Assembly: GCA_041489255.1 (NCBI GenBank)
Contig: JBGPQV010000004.1
Span: forward strand, 32,001 to 96,000
DNA from: Thermoplasmata archaeon
Lineage (GTDB): Archaea > Thermoplasmatota > Thermoplasmata > RBG-16-68-12 > JAFNFQ01
Length of the DNA: 64,000 nt
Direction: 5' to 3'
This document shows, piece by piece, positions 37,901 to 47,304 of this stretch. Below the pieces are notes generated by a model. The model was not told the DNA's origin, did no database searches, and saw nothing but the letters and a program-made list of their open reading frames with translations. Every line of letters starts with the position of its first letter. The stretch's first letter is position 1. Both the position numbers and the translations under genes were made by a program.

Positions 37901-40900
37901 GGATACGACGTCTACTCGAGGACTGCGGACTACCTCTCGACCAGCTACGCACAGGGCCGGACAGTCTTCTTCGGTCCTGCCGGCGAGGAGGGCTTCGGCT
38001 ACGGATCGGTCGCATCACCGGCAGCGAGTCCAGGGATCATCACCGTCGGAAGAACCGTCGACGGCTCGATGACGGCGTTTCCGAATGGCGTTGAAGGCAC
38101 CAGCATTCACTACAACAACATCGCTTTCAGATCTTCACGTGGCCCGACTGTCTCGGGTTTTCCGAAACCTGACTTCGTGGCGATAGGCAATACCGCTTAT
38201 GACGAGCCCATAATATTCGGCTCTGACGGCACGGAAGCGTTGACCGATAGAGGTAACTCAGGATCCGAGATATCCGCGGCAGTTGCGGCGGGCGTGGCGG
38301 CCCTATTGATGGACGCCGCTGAGAGAATCGGCCGCAATCTGACGGCGAGCGACATCAGGAACTATTTGATGTCCGGCGCTGAGAATCTGGGTTATGACAT
38401 CCTGCTCCAGGGCGCAGGTTTCCTCAACGCGAGCAGATCCATGCAACTGCTGCTTGGCAGCAAGGATAAGGCGAGTGTGTTCGTTTCCCCGCCAAGTTGG
38501 GTCCCAGGGCTCTACAAGTCGTCCAAGCCGGACTCTTTCACGAAGCTCCTGTTCCCCGGCGATGGCGACCAGACCACCTTCACGGTTGAGAACAGAGACA
38601 CTAAGATTGTCAGTCTCAGCCTCAGCGGAGAGATGCTCACGAAGTGGGATGGATATGTCTTCACCAACAAGACCACGTTGAGGAACTTGAATGACATCTT
38701 CTTGTGGGTGAATAGGTCTGGCGTTTTTGTCGAAGACTTGAGCACTTTCCCGCCAGGCTTCACGATGATCGCGCCGGCGCTGCCCCAGCAAATTTGGGAC
38801 GACTCCGAGAACGTCCAAGTCACGGCGTACGGACCCTTCAACAATCTCATAGTGCCCTCCGGCGTCGATGGCTTCACGAATCTGTACTGCTACGATATGA
38901 CCCTCATGGATTGGACGATGGATCCGTTCGGTTACGGGCATCCCAGCCTGACTTGGGTGAACGAACTGAATACCATAGACATGTTGGATCACACCGCCAA
39001 TGTACTCGAGGCGCGAGTGCACAGGCCCGGTACTGAGCTGCACGACGCGCTGGTGATCCAGCTGAAACGCCACCTTGAGAACGATGCTTGCGGGAGATCG
39101 AACCTGGAGTGGACGTTCAACGTCGACTTCTTCCAAAGGGTGCCGTGGAGCATCCTGTCGCTGGACAAGACGAGCATCAGCCTGAACGCGGGAGGCAGCA
39201 CGACAGTCACCGCATCTATCCAGACGCCCGCAGACATGGCGATGGGATCCTATGAGGGTGCGGTCTATGTCTACGACTCGACGAACAAGCACGAGATTAC
39301 GATCCCGATTCTCGTGAACGTGGGGGCCCGCACTCCCAACTTCAAATTCGGAGGCAACCTACCTGCCACCGGTCTCAACGATGTCAGCAGGCTCTATGGC
39401 GGGAGAGACCTCACGCTATTAGGTTCGAACGTCAGGTATCCTTACACAGGTGATTGGCGGTACTTCTATGTCTGGCTACCCGACGACGGCATCAATGTGG
39501 CTGGGGCGAGCATCAAGATGGTCATCCAGCTCAACTGGACCGTCAAGCCGAGCGATATCGACATGGTCGCGCTCACGCCCGCCACGGCCGCAGATGTGGC
39601 ATCACAGTTCGCCTCCACGCGCTTCGGCCCGAAGTCCGTAAGGGAAGTGGTATCATCAGAGGCCGAATCGAGACCGAAATTCAAGACTCTCAGCAACAGC
39701 TCCCAGGACTATATCTCCTTCCAGCTGTCCGGCGGCCTGAACGTCATCGCACTCCATCAGATGATTCTCAACGGCGACAAACCCTACGAGATATTCAGCG
39801 GGAGCGGGATGTGGTGGCGCGTGCCAAGAGAGGTGCGGAAGGCGACGCAGAGTCTATCCGGCTTTGTCGGCGGCAATGCGATGCTGAGCGACACGCTGTT
39901 CGGCGGTCTCAGGGTTGACGCGGTCGGCCCCGCCATAGGCTCGAAGAACTCGTCGGAGCTGATCAAGCAGGACTGGCAGGAATGGATGAGTTCTCTGCCC
40001 TTCGGTTCCGCGCTGGCCAAGGGCAGTTACACGCTGTGCCTCCTTATCGAGAGCGTCATAATCCTAGACATAAAGCTGACAGGGCTATCCGACGTCGAAG
40101 ATCTTGACATGGGCCTTTTCAAGGACCCCAACGCCGACTGCAAGCTGGAAGAAGCCAATACGAACGGTCAGCCGTGCTCCGGCGTCAACTGCGTAGGAGG
40201 CGGGCCTCCATGGGCGATATCTGCTGGCTCCACCGCCACCGAGGAGATAAAATGGACGAGTCCGGACGATGGCCGCTATATTATCAAGATACTTGGCTAC
40301 ACCGTGCCTGGCGGTGCCGGGCATTTCGACCTCGAAGTGCAGCAGACTCTTGCGACTGGTTCCGGCTACATGATTCCGGAGGCGCCCCCGCCGGAGCAAT
40401 TGCTCATAGGCACGAAGCCAGTGCTGCCCCCGTTCAGTATCGTCTCCTATTCGATGACCTGGGACTTCAGTGGAAGCCAGAAGGATGGAAACTACAGTGG
40501 CGCTGTGCGCTTCGGGACAGCGACGGCAGGGGGAATCGTCGTGGTGCCTGCCATGATAGTCCTGGATCGTCAGGCGCCCGCGATATCGTCGTTCGTGGTG
40601 AAATCGCAGACCCTGCTCGTAAACACGACCGACCCGACGCTCACGAATGACCCGCGACCTACGCTCGTGGTCAGCCTGGCGGACAGGCAGATGGGGAGCC
40701 TGGCTAGGGACACGTTCAAGATGGTGCTCAACGACGTGGATATAACCGCACTCATGAGCGTGTCCGTGACACTGGAAACCAATCCCTACGTGACTCCCGC
40801 AGGACCCTATGGCCGCTGGCGCGGCGACATGAAGTTCAGCGCCATCAATCCGCTGGCGAACGGGATTCACACGCTCTACGTGGCTGCAGGCGACGAAGCC

Positions 40901-42370
40901 AGGAACTTCGTACACGCCAACTACACGTTCACAATCGACATGGAGTCGCCGCCTTTGGCCTTGGCGGGACTTCCGGTGGAGTACTTGCGTCAGAACACAG
41001 TGATGCTCCAAGGCAGCTCGGATCCCAATGCGTATGTCTTGATTGGCGGGACATGGCGTCAGCTCGACGCGACAGGCCAATTCTCCGTTCCTCTGACGCT
41101 TGAAGAGGGGAACAACGTCATCGACGTCACGGCGACACGCTGGTTCCAGGTGCAAAAGTCGGGCAGTATTCCCGCCAACACGGTCACTCTGCAGAAGAGG
41201 TACGTCTATGACATCACTCCACCGTCGATTCTTGGCGTGACCACCGATCCTTCTATTCTGCCGATAAACACGGAGACCTTGCGGCTATCCGGCCGATTGG
41301 CCGACAACATAGCACTAGACACTCCGCTGGCGAATTACTCAATGCTGAAGTTCACGATCAATGGCGCGCCGGTGAGCGTCTTCCCGGACGGCAGCTTCTC
41401 GGTGGTCGTTCCGACGTTGGAAGAACAGAACAGCTACGTGCTCTACGTGGAGGATCCAGCGGGCAACAATGTCACGAGCGCGCCCCTGATAATCACCAGA
41501 GACACCGTGGCGCCGGTCATAGAAGTCTCGGGGGTTCCTGAGCGCGTGGAGGCGGACAGGGTCACGGTGACCGTGACTTCCGAGTCAGGCTTGAGGGTAA
41601 CCGTGAATGGCTTCGACGCCCCGGAGGGTCCGACAGGCACTTACACCAAGTTGATTGGCCTGAGCGGAGGCTCGAACACGATAGTCATCACCGCGCAGGA
41701 CAGCGCGAAGAACACCGTCGAGCGCAGGGTCGCCGTGGAGTACGCCGCCCCTGCGGGCCTTGGGAGCCAGCTGTTCGGGCCGGCCGGAGGGGCCGGGTCG
41801 ATAGCATTCATCGCGATCCTGGTGATCATAGTCGTCATCATCGTCTTCCTGGTCATTCGCTGGATGCGCGGACGGGGCGGCGTGGAGGAAGAAGGTGAGG
41901 TCGGCGCGGTCGAAACGGAGGTTCCAGCCGAAGAACCGGTTGGAGCGCCCGAGGAGGAAGAGCTGGAGACCGAGGAGATCGCGAAGCCGTCGAAGCCTGC
42001 TGAGGGACCACCTGAAGAAGTAAAGGCTCCACCAGCCGCACCGCAGAAGCCATCGGAGGAAGCGACAAAGCCGGCTTCCACGCTCGTCGTGTTCCGCGTG
42101 ACGAGGGCGAAGCTTGCGCTCGATCAGGGCAAGATATCCCAGAAGGTGTACGAGCAGAACCTCGCCTCGATGGGCCTCACTGTCACGGATGCGGACAAGA
42201 CAATCAAGGAGGCTGAGAAAGCCGAACAGCTCCAGGCTAGAGCCTCGCCCGCCGAGAAGAAGGCTCCGACGAAGGAGGACAAGATCAAGGCGCTCCGCAA
42301 GGCTCTGGACGAAGGACGCATAACCCAGGAAGTGTACGAGGCGAACATCAAGAGAATCCAGCAGAGCTAG
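34952..42370 (+). CDS. Giant membrane-anchored S8-like protein with WD40 insertion, Ig-like repeats, TM and SHOCT-like tail; probably proteolytically inactive
   Basis: VLDYG, HGTEIAS, SSRGP...KPD, GAGFLN; WD40 repeats (SPDG..IA..S.D..V..W); TM IAFIAILVIIVVIIVFLVI; DQGKISQKVYE and DEGRITQEVYE; GTSMA replaced by GSEIS. Confidence 0.88.
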   Translation: MTGRRQSLCVLLLLVMLSSAMYVSTPGQKPNQPDQAGTAPALSSEGTGTNPEKQVDMGASVSSIPMATYPSSSVGWPTASSEPTPDVNSPTIFDYHHIAEAQALGTPAYTGSDVRVSVLDYGLDMGQPDLNGSQFVQPSGPYAGWPVAFDPMSMGKWLRDEKYEGTWYANTTREGQPPFEVTHYILVDGRRDFGDSELLKEDPLGTSTSSTDGPKMDYDLTQLYVTHDEKFWYFGWPVTQYLNTNLTYGLMIDVNNETGGTTSVPEGKLVSTNTTHSGSPPTDLAVNDVTVSPDGTLIATTSSDKHVKVWRLDGSRLYDFAPDPLNPSSHTSNPYSLAWSPDSRFLASRDKSKLIVWDVVSGRQAWWTTIKDSTMDITPPDDRFSSSIAFSPNGQWIAVGADSRVSVFNAATGRYVGNVSAATGGIIRSVAFNPTNPTPPQIAIGADIYGTSSNTVRIYSLDATNLQNVRNPPVAVATWNSTTAAPGAHTGQIFSVAWSPDGLRIASTAKDNSVRLWNPPSTSPLRYSTLHGNWVYDVAWERSAPYRFATVSRSPTLPKAPLRLWGYNGSSLGYFELNKSTYAVDWTNSGELVTASLDLSARITSTSGNLQRILVANKPDYAVMIDAGMNYSMKDLKWEKVVYNGTFYSWNDTTSSWSQGNEVTKPPINGTQAFFGVDELFVELGVPTALLGNPSGISVEMFSVARDKSHAQDSVPIDGTVFDVDGNGKSDGGTADPSRPAIDFTPVETPLSAFQYVPVTYYKVNTTEINSVSRDYHFGYHPSQKLAQLFGSLGLLVVDPDRNGTYERVYLDMDRNTCESNHEFDSRDVWVDKSHPVATCNKAGTVDSTPDISAGMIYFVSDGVNNIPYSERFRELNGITNLKKPGNGELVAFAGEFRMDPDTNYPLTHGTEIASIIASRGRIDSARMKGIAPGVKLIPIVNALDDIISSWYFAVEGYDKSPATGDEAQIVLNPFEYPRTKDDGYDVYSRTADYLSTSYAQGRTVFFGPAGEEGFGYGSVASPAASPGIITVGRTVDGSMTAFPNGVEGTSIHYNNIAFRSSRGPTVSGFPKPDFVAIGNTAYDEPIIFGSDGTEALTDRGNSGSEISAAVAAGVAALLMDAAERIGRNLTASDIRNYLMSGAENLGYDILLQGAGFLNASRSMQLLLGSKDKASVFVSPPSWVPGLYKSSKPDSFTKLLFPGDGDQTTFTVENRDTKIVSLSLSGEMLTKWDGYVFTNKTTLRNLNDIFLWVNRSGVFVEDLSTFPPGFTMIAPALPQQIWDDSENVQVTAYGPFNNLIVPSGVDGFTNLYCYDMTLMDWTMDPFGYGHPSLTWVNELNTIDMLDHTANVLEARVHRPGTELHDALVIQLKRHLENDACGRSNLEWTFNVDFFQRVPWSILSLDKTSISLNAGGSTTVTASIQTPADMAMGSYEGAVYVYDSTNKHEITIPILVNVGARTPNFKFGGNLPATGLNDVSRLYGGRDLTLLGSNVRYPYTGDWRYFYVWLPDDGINVAGASIKMVIQLNWTVKPSDIDMVALTPATAADVASQFASTRFGPKSVREVVSSEAESRPKFKTLSNSSQDYISFQLSGGLNVIALHQMILNGDKPYEIFSGSGMWWRVPREVRKATQSLSGFVGGNAMLSDTLFGGLRVDAVGPAIGSKNSSELIKQDWQEWMSSLPFGSALAKGSYTLCLLIESVIILDIKLTGLSDVEDLDMGLFKDPNADCKLEEANTNGQPCSGVNCVGGGPPWAISAGSTATEEIKWTSPDDGRYIIKILGYTVPGGAGHFDLEVQQTLATGSGYMIPEAPPPEQLLIGTKPVLPPFSIVSYSMTWDFSGSQKDGNYSGAVRFGTATAGGIVVVPAMIVLDRQAPAISSFVVKSQTLLVNTTDPTLTNDPRPTLVVSLADRQMGSLARDTFKMVLNDVDITALMSVSVTLETNPYVTPAGPYGRWRGDMKFSAINPLANGIHTLYVAAGDEARNFVHANYTFTIDMESPPLALAGLPVEYLRQNTVMLQGSSDPNAYVLIGGTWRQLDATGQFSVPLTLEEGNNVIDVTATRWFQVQKSGSIPANTVTLQKRYVYDITPPSILGVTTDPSILPINTETLRLSGRLADNIALDTPLANYSMLKFTINGAPVSVFPDGSFSVVVPTLEEQNSYVLYVEDPAGNNVTSAPLIITRDTVAPVIEVSGVPERVEADRVTVTVTSESGLRVTVNGFDAPEGPTGTYTKLIGLSGGSNTIVITAQDSAKNTVERRVAVEYAAPAGLGSQLFGPAGGAGSIAFIAILVIIVVIIVFLVIRWMRGRGGVEEEGEVGAVETEVPAEEPVGAPEEEELETEEIAKPSKPAEGPPEEVKAPPAAPQKPSEEATKPASTLVVFRVTRAKLALDQGKISQKVYEQNLASMGLTVTDADKTIKEAEKAEQLQARASPAEKKAPTKEDKIKALRKALDEGRITQEVYEANIKRIQQS

Positions 42371-42524
42371 TGGACACTGAAACGGCAAGAGCCGCTAAGT
42401 CCCCGATCGGCAAGGGTCGCGAAACCCGGGCTATTTCAGGTGCACCTTCCTCCCGGCTCTTTGCAGACTCTCGGCTCGGCGGTAGATATTTATGCCCGGA
42501 TATAATCTCGGCCTCAGTGAATCT

Positions 42525-43085
42525 ATGAGCACGCCTCCACAACAGCCTATGAAAGTATGCATGTCGTGTGGCCGTCAGATAGGGGCGACCTACAACGCCT
42601 GTCCCTACTGCGGTGCCCCACAACAGGCCGCGGCTCCGATGGGAGCGCCCATGGAGCAGTCGCGCGTGTGCATGGGATGCGGAAGAACGATAGCGACAAC
42701 GTATTTTGCTTGCCCCTACTGCGGGAGACCGGCGGGTGCGATGGGGGTGCAAATGGGCCACAAGGAGACCGCGTACCCGATCGTCGCGGGCATCTTCGAG
42801 ATACTCGCGGGGATAATCGGTCTGGGATTTGGCGGGTTGACCATAGTTGGGGCCGGGGCGGCATCCACTATCCCATACGTCGATGTTGCCGGGATCATTA
42901 TGGTCTGCGGCGCGATTTTGGTCGTGTTCGGACTGATTAGCCTGCTCGGCGGCATATTCGCCTTGCAGAGGAAAAACTACGGGATGGCCTTGGTCGGCGC
43001 CATCTTCGCCCTATTCTGCGGATTCCTCATATTCGGAATACTGGCGCTGATATTCGTCATACTCGCGAAGGACGAGTTCCACTAG
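42525..43085 (+). CDS. Double zinc-ribbon membrane protein
   Basis: Two CxxC-x10-CPYC units followed by 3-4 TMs. Confidence 0.82.
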   Translation: MSTPPQQPMKVCMSCGRQIGATYNACPYCGAPQQAAAPMGAPMEQSRVCMGCGRTIATTYFACPYCGRPAGAMGVQMGHKETAYPIVAGIFEILAGIIGLGFGGLTIVGAGAASTIPYVDVAGIIMVCGAILVVFGLISLLGGIFALQRKNYGMALVGAIFALFCGFLIFGILALIFVILAKDEFH

Positions 43086-43118
43086 CCATCAATGAACCGA
43101 CTTGGGTCCCATGCAAGA

Positions 43119-43158
43119 GGTGCCCGTCTGAGGGCGGGCACCGTCAATCCTTTTCTTC
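43119..43158 (+). terminator. GC hairpin plus T-rich tract
   Basis: ggtgcccgtc-tgag-ggcgggcacc then ccttttcttc. Confidence 0.5.
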
Positions 43159-43262
43159 ATACGGAAATTATCACTACGAATCCTCGCCTTGAAACCCGGA
43201 CCGCCTCCTGATATTGGCAAAGGGCTTTAGAGGGAATCGTGATACGTCGCCAGGTTGTCACG

Positions 43263-44531
43263 ATGAAGACATCGGAAATATCCGGCTTCTACAAGCTGAG
43301 CCCCGCGGAGCGCCTCGCACTCGTCAGGGAGTATGCCGCCTTGTCCGAAGATGAGGCCAAGGCCCTGTCTGCCGAGGGTTCTCTCAAGCTCGCCGACGCG
43401 AACAGGATGATCGAGAATGTTGTGGGGACGATGCCGGTGCCGCTGGGCATGGCGGTGAACTTCAAAGTAAACGACCGCGACTATCTAGTGCCTATGGCGC
43501 TCGAGGAGCCGAGCGTCGTCGCGGCGGCATCCAACGCCGCGAAGATGGCCAGGGCGAAGGGGGGTTTCACCGCGACGACAACAGGCCCGGTCATGATCGG
43601 GCAGATACAGGTCACTCACGTGCCGGACCCGGACGGAGCCGCTCAAACGATCATGCGGAACAAGGACAAGATACTCAAGATGTGCAACGCCAAGGATCCC
43701 GTGCTCGTCAAGTTCGGCGGGGGCGCGAAGGATGTGGAGTGCAGGATCGTCCAGAGCATGAGAGGACCGATGCTCATCGTGCACCTGCTCGTCGACTGCA
43801 GGGATGCGATGGGCGCGAACGCGGTCAATACGATGGCGGAAGCCGTGGCGCCATACCTGGAGGAGCTTAGCGGCGGGAGAGTCTTTCTCAGGATAATCTC
43901 GAATCTCGCAGTCAAGAGACTCGCCCGATCGACCGCAATCTTCGATAAGGAATCCATCGGCGGACCTGATGTGGTCGAGGGAATCCTGGAGGCATACGCA
44001 TTCGCGGAAGCTGACCCTTACAGATGCGCGACTCACAACAAGGGCGTGATGAACGGGATTGACGCGGTGGTGCTAGCCACGGGCAACGACTTCAGGGCGG
44101 TCGAGGCTGGCGCGCACGCATACGCGGCGATGGGCGGGAAATATCACTCGCTGACCACCTGGGAGAAGAATGCCGACGGCGACCTCGTCGGTTCAATCGA
44201 GCTTCCCTTGGCAGTTGGCCTCATCGGCGGAGCGACCGCGTCTCACCCCGTCGCGAAAGCAAATGTGCGGATCCTTGGCGTGAAGACTGCGCAGGAACTC
44301 GCGGAGGTCATGGCGTCTGTCGGTCTGGCGCAGAACTTCGCCGCACTCAGGGCGCTCACCACGGAAGGAATCCAGCGGGGACATATGTCACTCCACGCGA
44401 GGAACATCGCGATTGCGGCTGGCGCCATTGACGATGAAATCGACCGGGTCGCCGCGCTGATGGCCTCCGAGAAAAGGGTCCGGATGGACAGAGCGAAAGA
44501 GATTTTGGACCAAATGCGAAAGGGCAAGTGA
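43263..44531 (+). CDS. mvaA: Hydroxymethylglutaryl-CoA reductase, class II
   Basis: MIENVVG, EEPSVVAA, DAMGAN, THNKG.MNG, EGIQRGHM.LH. Confidence 0.95.
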   Translation: MKTSEISGFYKLSPAERLALVREYAALSEDEAKALSAEGSLKLADANRMIENVVGTMPVPLGMAVNFKVNDRDYLVPMALEEPSVVAAASNAAKMARAKGGFTATTTGPVMIGQIQVTHVPDPDGAAQTIMRNKDKILKMCNAKDPVLVKFGGGAKDVECRIVQSMRGPMLIVHLLVDCRDAMGANAVNTMAEAVAPYLEELSGGRVFLRIISNLAVKRLARSTAIFDKESIGGPDVVEGILEAYAFAEADPYRCATHNKGVMNGIDAVVLATGNDFRAVEAGAHAYAAMGGKYHSLTTWEKNADGDLVGSIELPLAVGLIGGATASHPVAKANVRILGVKTAQELAEVMASVGLAQNFAALRALTTEGIQRGHMSLHARNIAIAAGAIDDEIDRVAALMASEKRVRMDRAKEILDQMRKGK

Positions 44532-44555
44532 AGCCCCGACATCGTTCTCCGGCGG

Positions 44556-44591
44556 GTCTATAATAGTTGATGTGATAACGAGATTATAGAC
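44556..44591. promoter_or_regulatory. AT-rich inverted repeat
   Basis: gtctataat-N18-attatagac. Confidence 0.45.
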
Positions 44592-44687
44592 ATAAATTCG
44601 CCATAATGGTTGATATGGGGTCTGGGCCGCTCTCGTGGCGGGAATCTCCAAATCCTAGAATCTACATCCACATGCAGGAGCGCTGGA

Positions 44688-45227
44688 ATGCGTAGTCAGT
44701 ACGATGATGGGCAGCGATTCCAATACTCCATTCCTTCAGTGCAGACGCAGTACCAGACCGACTACACTCCGCCGATCTCCAGACCGACGGCAGGGTTGGT
44801 TCTCTCCGTCCTTGGCGGCGTCTTCGTTATCTTCGGAGGCTTGGCACTCCTTCTGGTTCAGGGCACATTCGGCTACTATCTATCCGGGATTGCCGCCGAG
44901 GCGATATGCGCCCCGATAGGAGTCATCATGATACTCGGAGCTATCGATGCATATTCACGTCCCCAGAGAAAGGTGGCCTGGGGCACGACGATAATCATCC
45001 TATCGCTCGTGAGCTGGGCATTCGCGCAGGGCGGCATGATATTCGGCTCCATACTCGGCTTGGCGGGAGGCATTCTCATCGTCGCGCATAAGACGTCGAT
45101 GCTTCCAGCACCGCCGCAAGTGATCATTCGCGAAAGGGATGTGGTCAAGATCGCGTGCCGCAACTGCGGTGCGATTGTGGACTTCGAGATGATGACTTGT
45201 CCGTATTGCGGGCGCTCACCAAGGTGA
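44688..45227 (+). CDS. Membrane protein with C-terminal zinc ribbon
   Basis: Four TMs then CRNC...CPYC. Confidence 0.75.
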   Translation: MRSQYDDGQRFQYSIPSVQTQYQTDYTPPISRPTAGLVLSVLGGVFVIFGGLALLLVQGTFGYYLSGIAAEAICAPIGVIMILGAIDAYSRPQRKVAWGTTIIILSLVSWAFAQGGMIFGSILGLAGGILIVAHKTSMLPAPPQVIIRERDVVKIACRNCGAIVDFEMMTCPYCGRSPR

Positions 45228-45477
45228 GAGACCGTCTCATTGGTCGATTATGCTGACCACTATAATAGAATCATAAGTTACGCAATCAGATATAAAATGA
45301 AACGTCATGCTTTTCTGCTGCATTTCTTGGCAAATTCGCCACGAAAGCTGAACGTAGCTCGCCCCACGCACGATGCCGTGAACTCGGCGTGATTGGCGGG
45401 ACCGAACATCGCGCAGTCGACGTTGCCGACAGTCTTTTGTAGTCCAAGCTAGATACGCGCTCGCGGGATGGGAACCG

Positions 45478-46344
45478 TTGACAGCGGTCGCGCTCTACAC
45501 CAGAGTTTCTACTGAGGATCAGGCCAAGGAGGGCTTCTCCCTCGATGCGCAGCAAGACAGGCTGCTGGCCTACTGCAAAGCCCGAGGCTGGGATGTTGCC
45601 GACAAGTACGTCGATGACGGCCATTCGGGCAGGAGCGTGAAGCGGCCGGCGTACCAGAGGATGATGGCGGAGAAGGACAGGTGGGACGCCCTCCTCGTGA
45701 TCAAGATGGACCGCATACACAGGAACGCGCGCAACTTCATGGAGATGATGGACAACCTCCAGAAGTGGGGCAAGGATTTCGTCTCTGCCACCGAGTCGCT
45801 CGACACCAGCACCGCAATGGGCCGGTTCGTGATGGACATCATCCAGAGGATCGCGCAGCTGGAGAGCGAACAGATTGGAGAGCGCGTCTACATGGGGATG
45901 AGCCAGAAAGCGAAGAAAGGAGAGGGGATACTCGGTTCACCGATCCCATACGGCTATCGTCTCGTCGATGGCAAGTTCTCTGTTGTCGAACCGGAGGCGG
46001 ACGTCGTACGCGAGATCTTCCGAAGGTACTGCGGCGGGGATTCCCTGGAGGACCTGCGGCGACACCTCAGGAGAAAAGGCATTCTCACTAGGATCGGGAA
46101 AGAATGGTCCAAGATGAGTCTGGCTCACATTCTGCATAATCCAATCTATGTCGGGAACCTTCGGTGGGACGGCATCATCAGGGAGGGCGATCACTCCGCC
46201 ATCGTAGACTCGGAGACATTCGACGAGGTTCAGAGAACCAGCTCGAGTAAACTGAGAAATCGTCCGCACGCGAGGGGACAAGGCGCGAACGGACTCGGTC
46301 ACGTAACGACAACCCGCCAAGCCGCGACACCACAGGAAGGATGA
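45478..46344 (+). CDS. Serine recombinase (resolvase catalytic domain + Recombinase DNA-binding domain)
   Basis: YTRVST (catalytic Ser), DDGHSG..RP, DRIHRN, PYGY, ILHNPIYVG, H.AIVD. Confidence 0.93.
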   Translation: MTAVALYTRVSTEDQAKEGFSLDAQQDRLLAYCKARGWDVADKYVDDGHSGRSVKRPAYQRMMAEKDRWDALLVIKMDRIHRNARNFMEMMDNLQKWGKDFVSATESLDTSTAMGRFVMDIIQRIAQLESEQIGERVYMGMSQKAKKGEGILGSPIPYGYRLVDGKFSVVEPEADVVREIFRRYCGGDSLEDLRRHLRRKGILTRIGKEWSKMSLAHILHNPIYVGNLRWDGIIREGDHSAIVDSETFDEVQRTSSSKLRNRPHARGQGANGLGHVTTTRQAATPQEG

Positions 46345-46348
46345 ACAC

Positions 46349-47131
46349 ATGGCTGACGCCGCACGCGAATCGGTGAGGAACTCGCTCCCGAGATGCGAAA
46401 GATGCTGGTCGACCGCCGATGTTCAGCTCTTCAGATTCATGGCGACCGGGGAGATGACCAGGAACGACGACGAAACCGGCATCCCCCTCTGCAATGAATG
46501 TAGAAAGAAGGCGCCTCGAGATCCATTGGTCTTCAAAGAGATATTCTTGCGTTTCGGCTCACCGAAAGAACTGCTGTCCGCGTACTCCGCGCATTCAGAG
46601 GAGGAAGCCATCGGGAAGCTCTGCGCCGAGAAGCGCTTGGACTATGCGAACATGATGGCGCGGTTGAGTGGCTCCGCCGCAGCTGCGCGGATCGGGGCCG
46701 AGCTTGCGGGGGAGAAGACCGGCGGCAAGATGGCCCACCTCATGGGGCCGTTCGGATACCACTACGACGATTCCGGCTTGGCGGTGAACGAGACGGAGGC
46801 GAAGGTCGTCCTCGAGATCTTCAACTTGTACATGAACGGGCTCGGCATCGCAAAGATCTGTCGAGAGCTGAACAGGCGGGGTCACCGGACGAGGACGGGG
46901 AAGGCGTGGGCGAGTCAGACGGTCGCGAACATTCTGAGCAACCCAATCTATTGCGGGTTCATGCGAGTCAACGGCGACCTCAAGGCCGGGAAGCATAGGC
47001 ACCTGGTCCAGGTCGGCGTCTTCAACCGAGTACAGGAGGAAATGCAGCGCCGCATAAGGCGGCCGGACCAAAAGAGCGATAACTGCCTGACTTTGCCGCA
47101 AAAAGAGGCGCAACTAGGGGAATCTCAGTAA
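46349..47131 (+). CDS. HNH-like Zn finger + Recombinase domain protein lacking the serine catalytic domain
   Basis: CERC...LCNEC at the N-terminus; PFGY, EAKVVLEIF.LY, LNRRG.RTR.G..W, ILSNPIYCG; no RVS motif. Confidence 0.85.
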   Translation: MADAARESVRNSLPRCERCWSTADVQLFRFMATGEMTRNDDETGIPLCNECRKKAPRDPLVFKEIFLRFGSPKELLSAYSAHSEEEAIGKLCAEKRLDYANMMARLSGSAAAARIGAELAGEKTGGKMAHLMGPFGYHYDDSGLAVNETEAKVVLEIFNLYMNGLGIAKICRELNRRGHRTRTGKAWASQTVANILSNPIYCGFMRVNGDLKAGKHRHLVQVGVFNRVQEEMQRRIRRPDQKSDNCLTLPQKEAQLGESQ

Positions 47132-47153
47132 AACACGGTTCACCGTGTTTTAC
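47128..47153. repeat. Perfect 12-2-12 palindrome (candidate serine-recombinase site or terminator)
   Basis: gtaaaacacggt-tc-accgtgttttac. Confidence 0.85.
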
Positions 47154-47182
47154 GGACAAGGGGGAAAATGGGCTTGACAAAA

Positions 47183-47293
47183 CATAGTGACCATAGCACT
47201 ATGGAAGGCGATACGCCTATTGGTGCTATAGAAAGGTTTAATGCTAAGCATACTATATAGCACAATAGAATTATGGTAAAGCATAAAACTATG
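47183..47293 (+). promoter_or_regulatory. Promoter of the RHH gene embedded in CATAG/ATAGCAC repeats
   Basis: catagtg-N7-cactatg; gtgctata (47223) and tatagcac (47256) flank BRE/TATA-like gaaaggtttaat. Confidence 0.55.
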
Positions 47294-47304
47294 GGAGATG
47301 GACA

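Noticed and set aside
44594-44621. dif-like site (attcgccataa-tggttg-atatggggtct)
   Set aside because: Only the left arm resembles a Xer box, the right arm lacks TTAT, and no xer gene is nearby.
47174-47202. Bacterial sigma70-like promoter ttgaca-N17-cactat
   Set aside because: Archaeal host, weak -10, and a BRE/TATA candidate at 47231-47242 explains the downstream gene.
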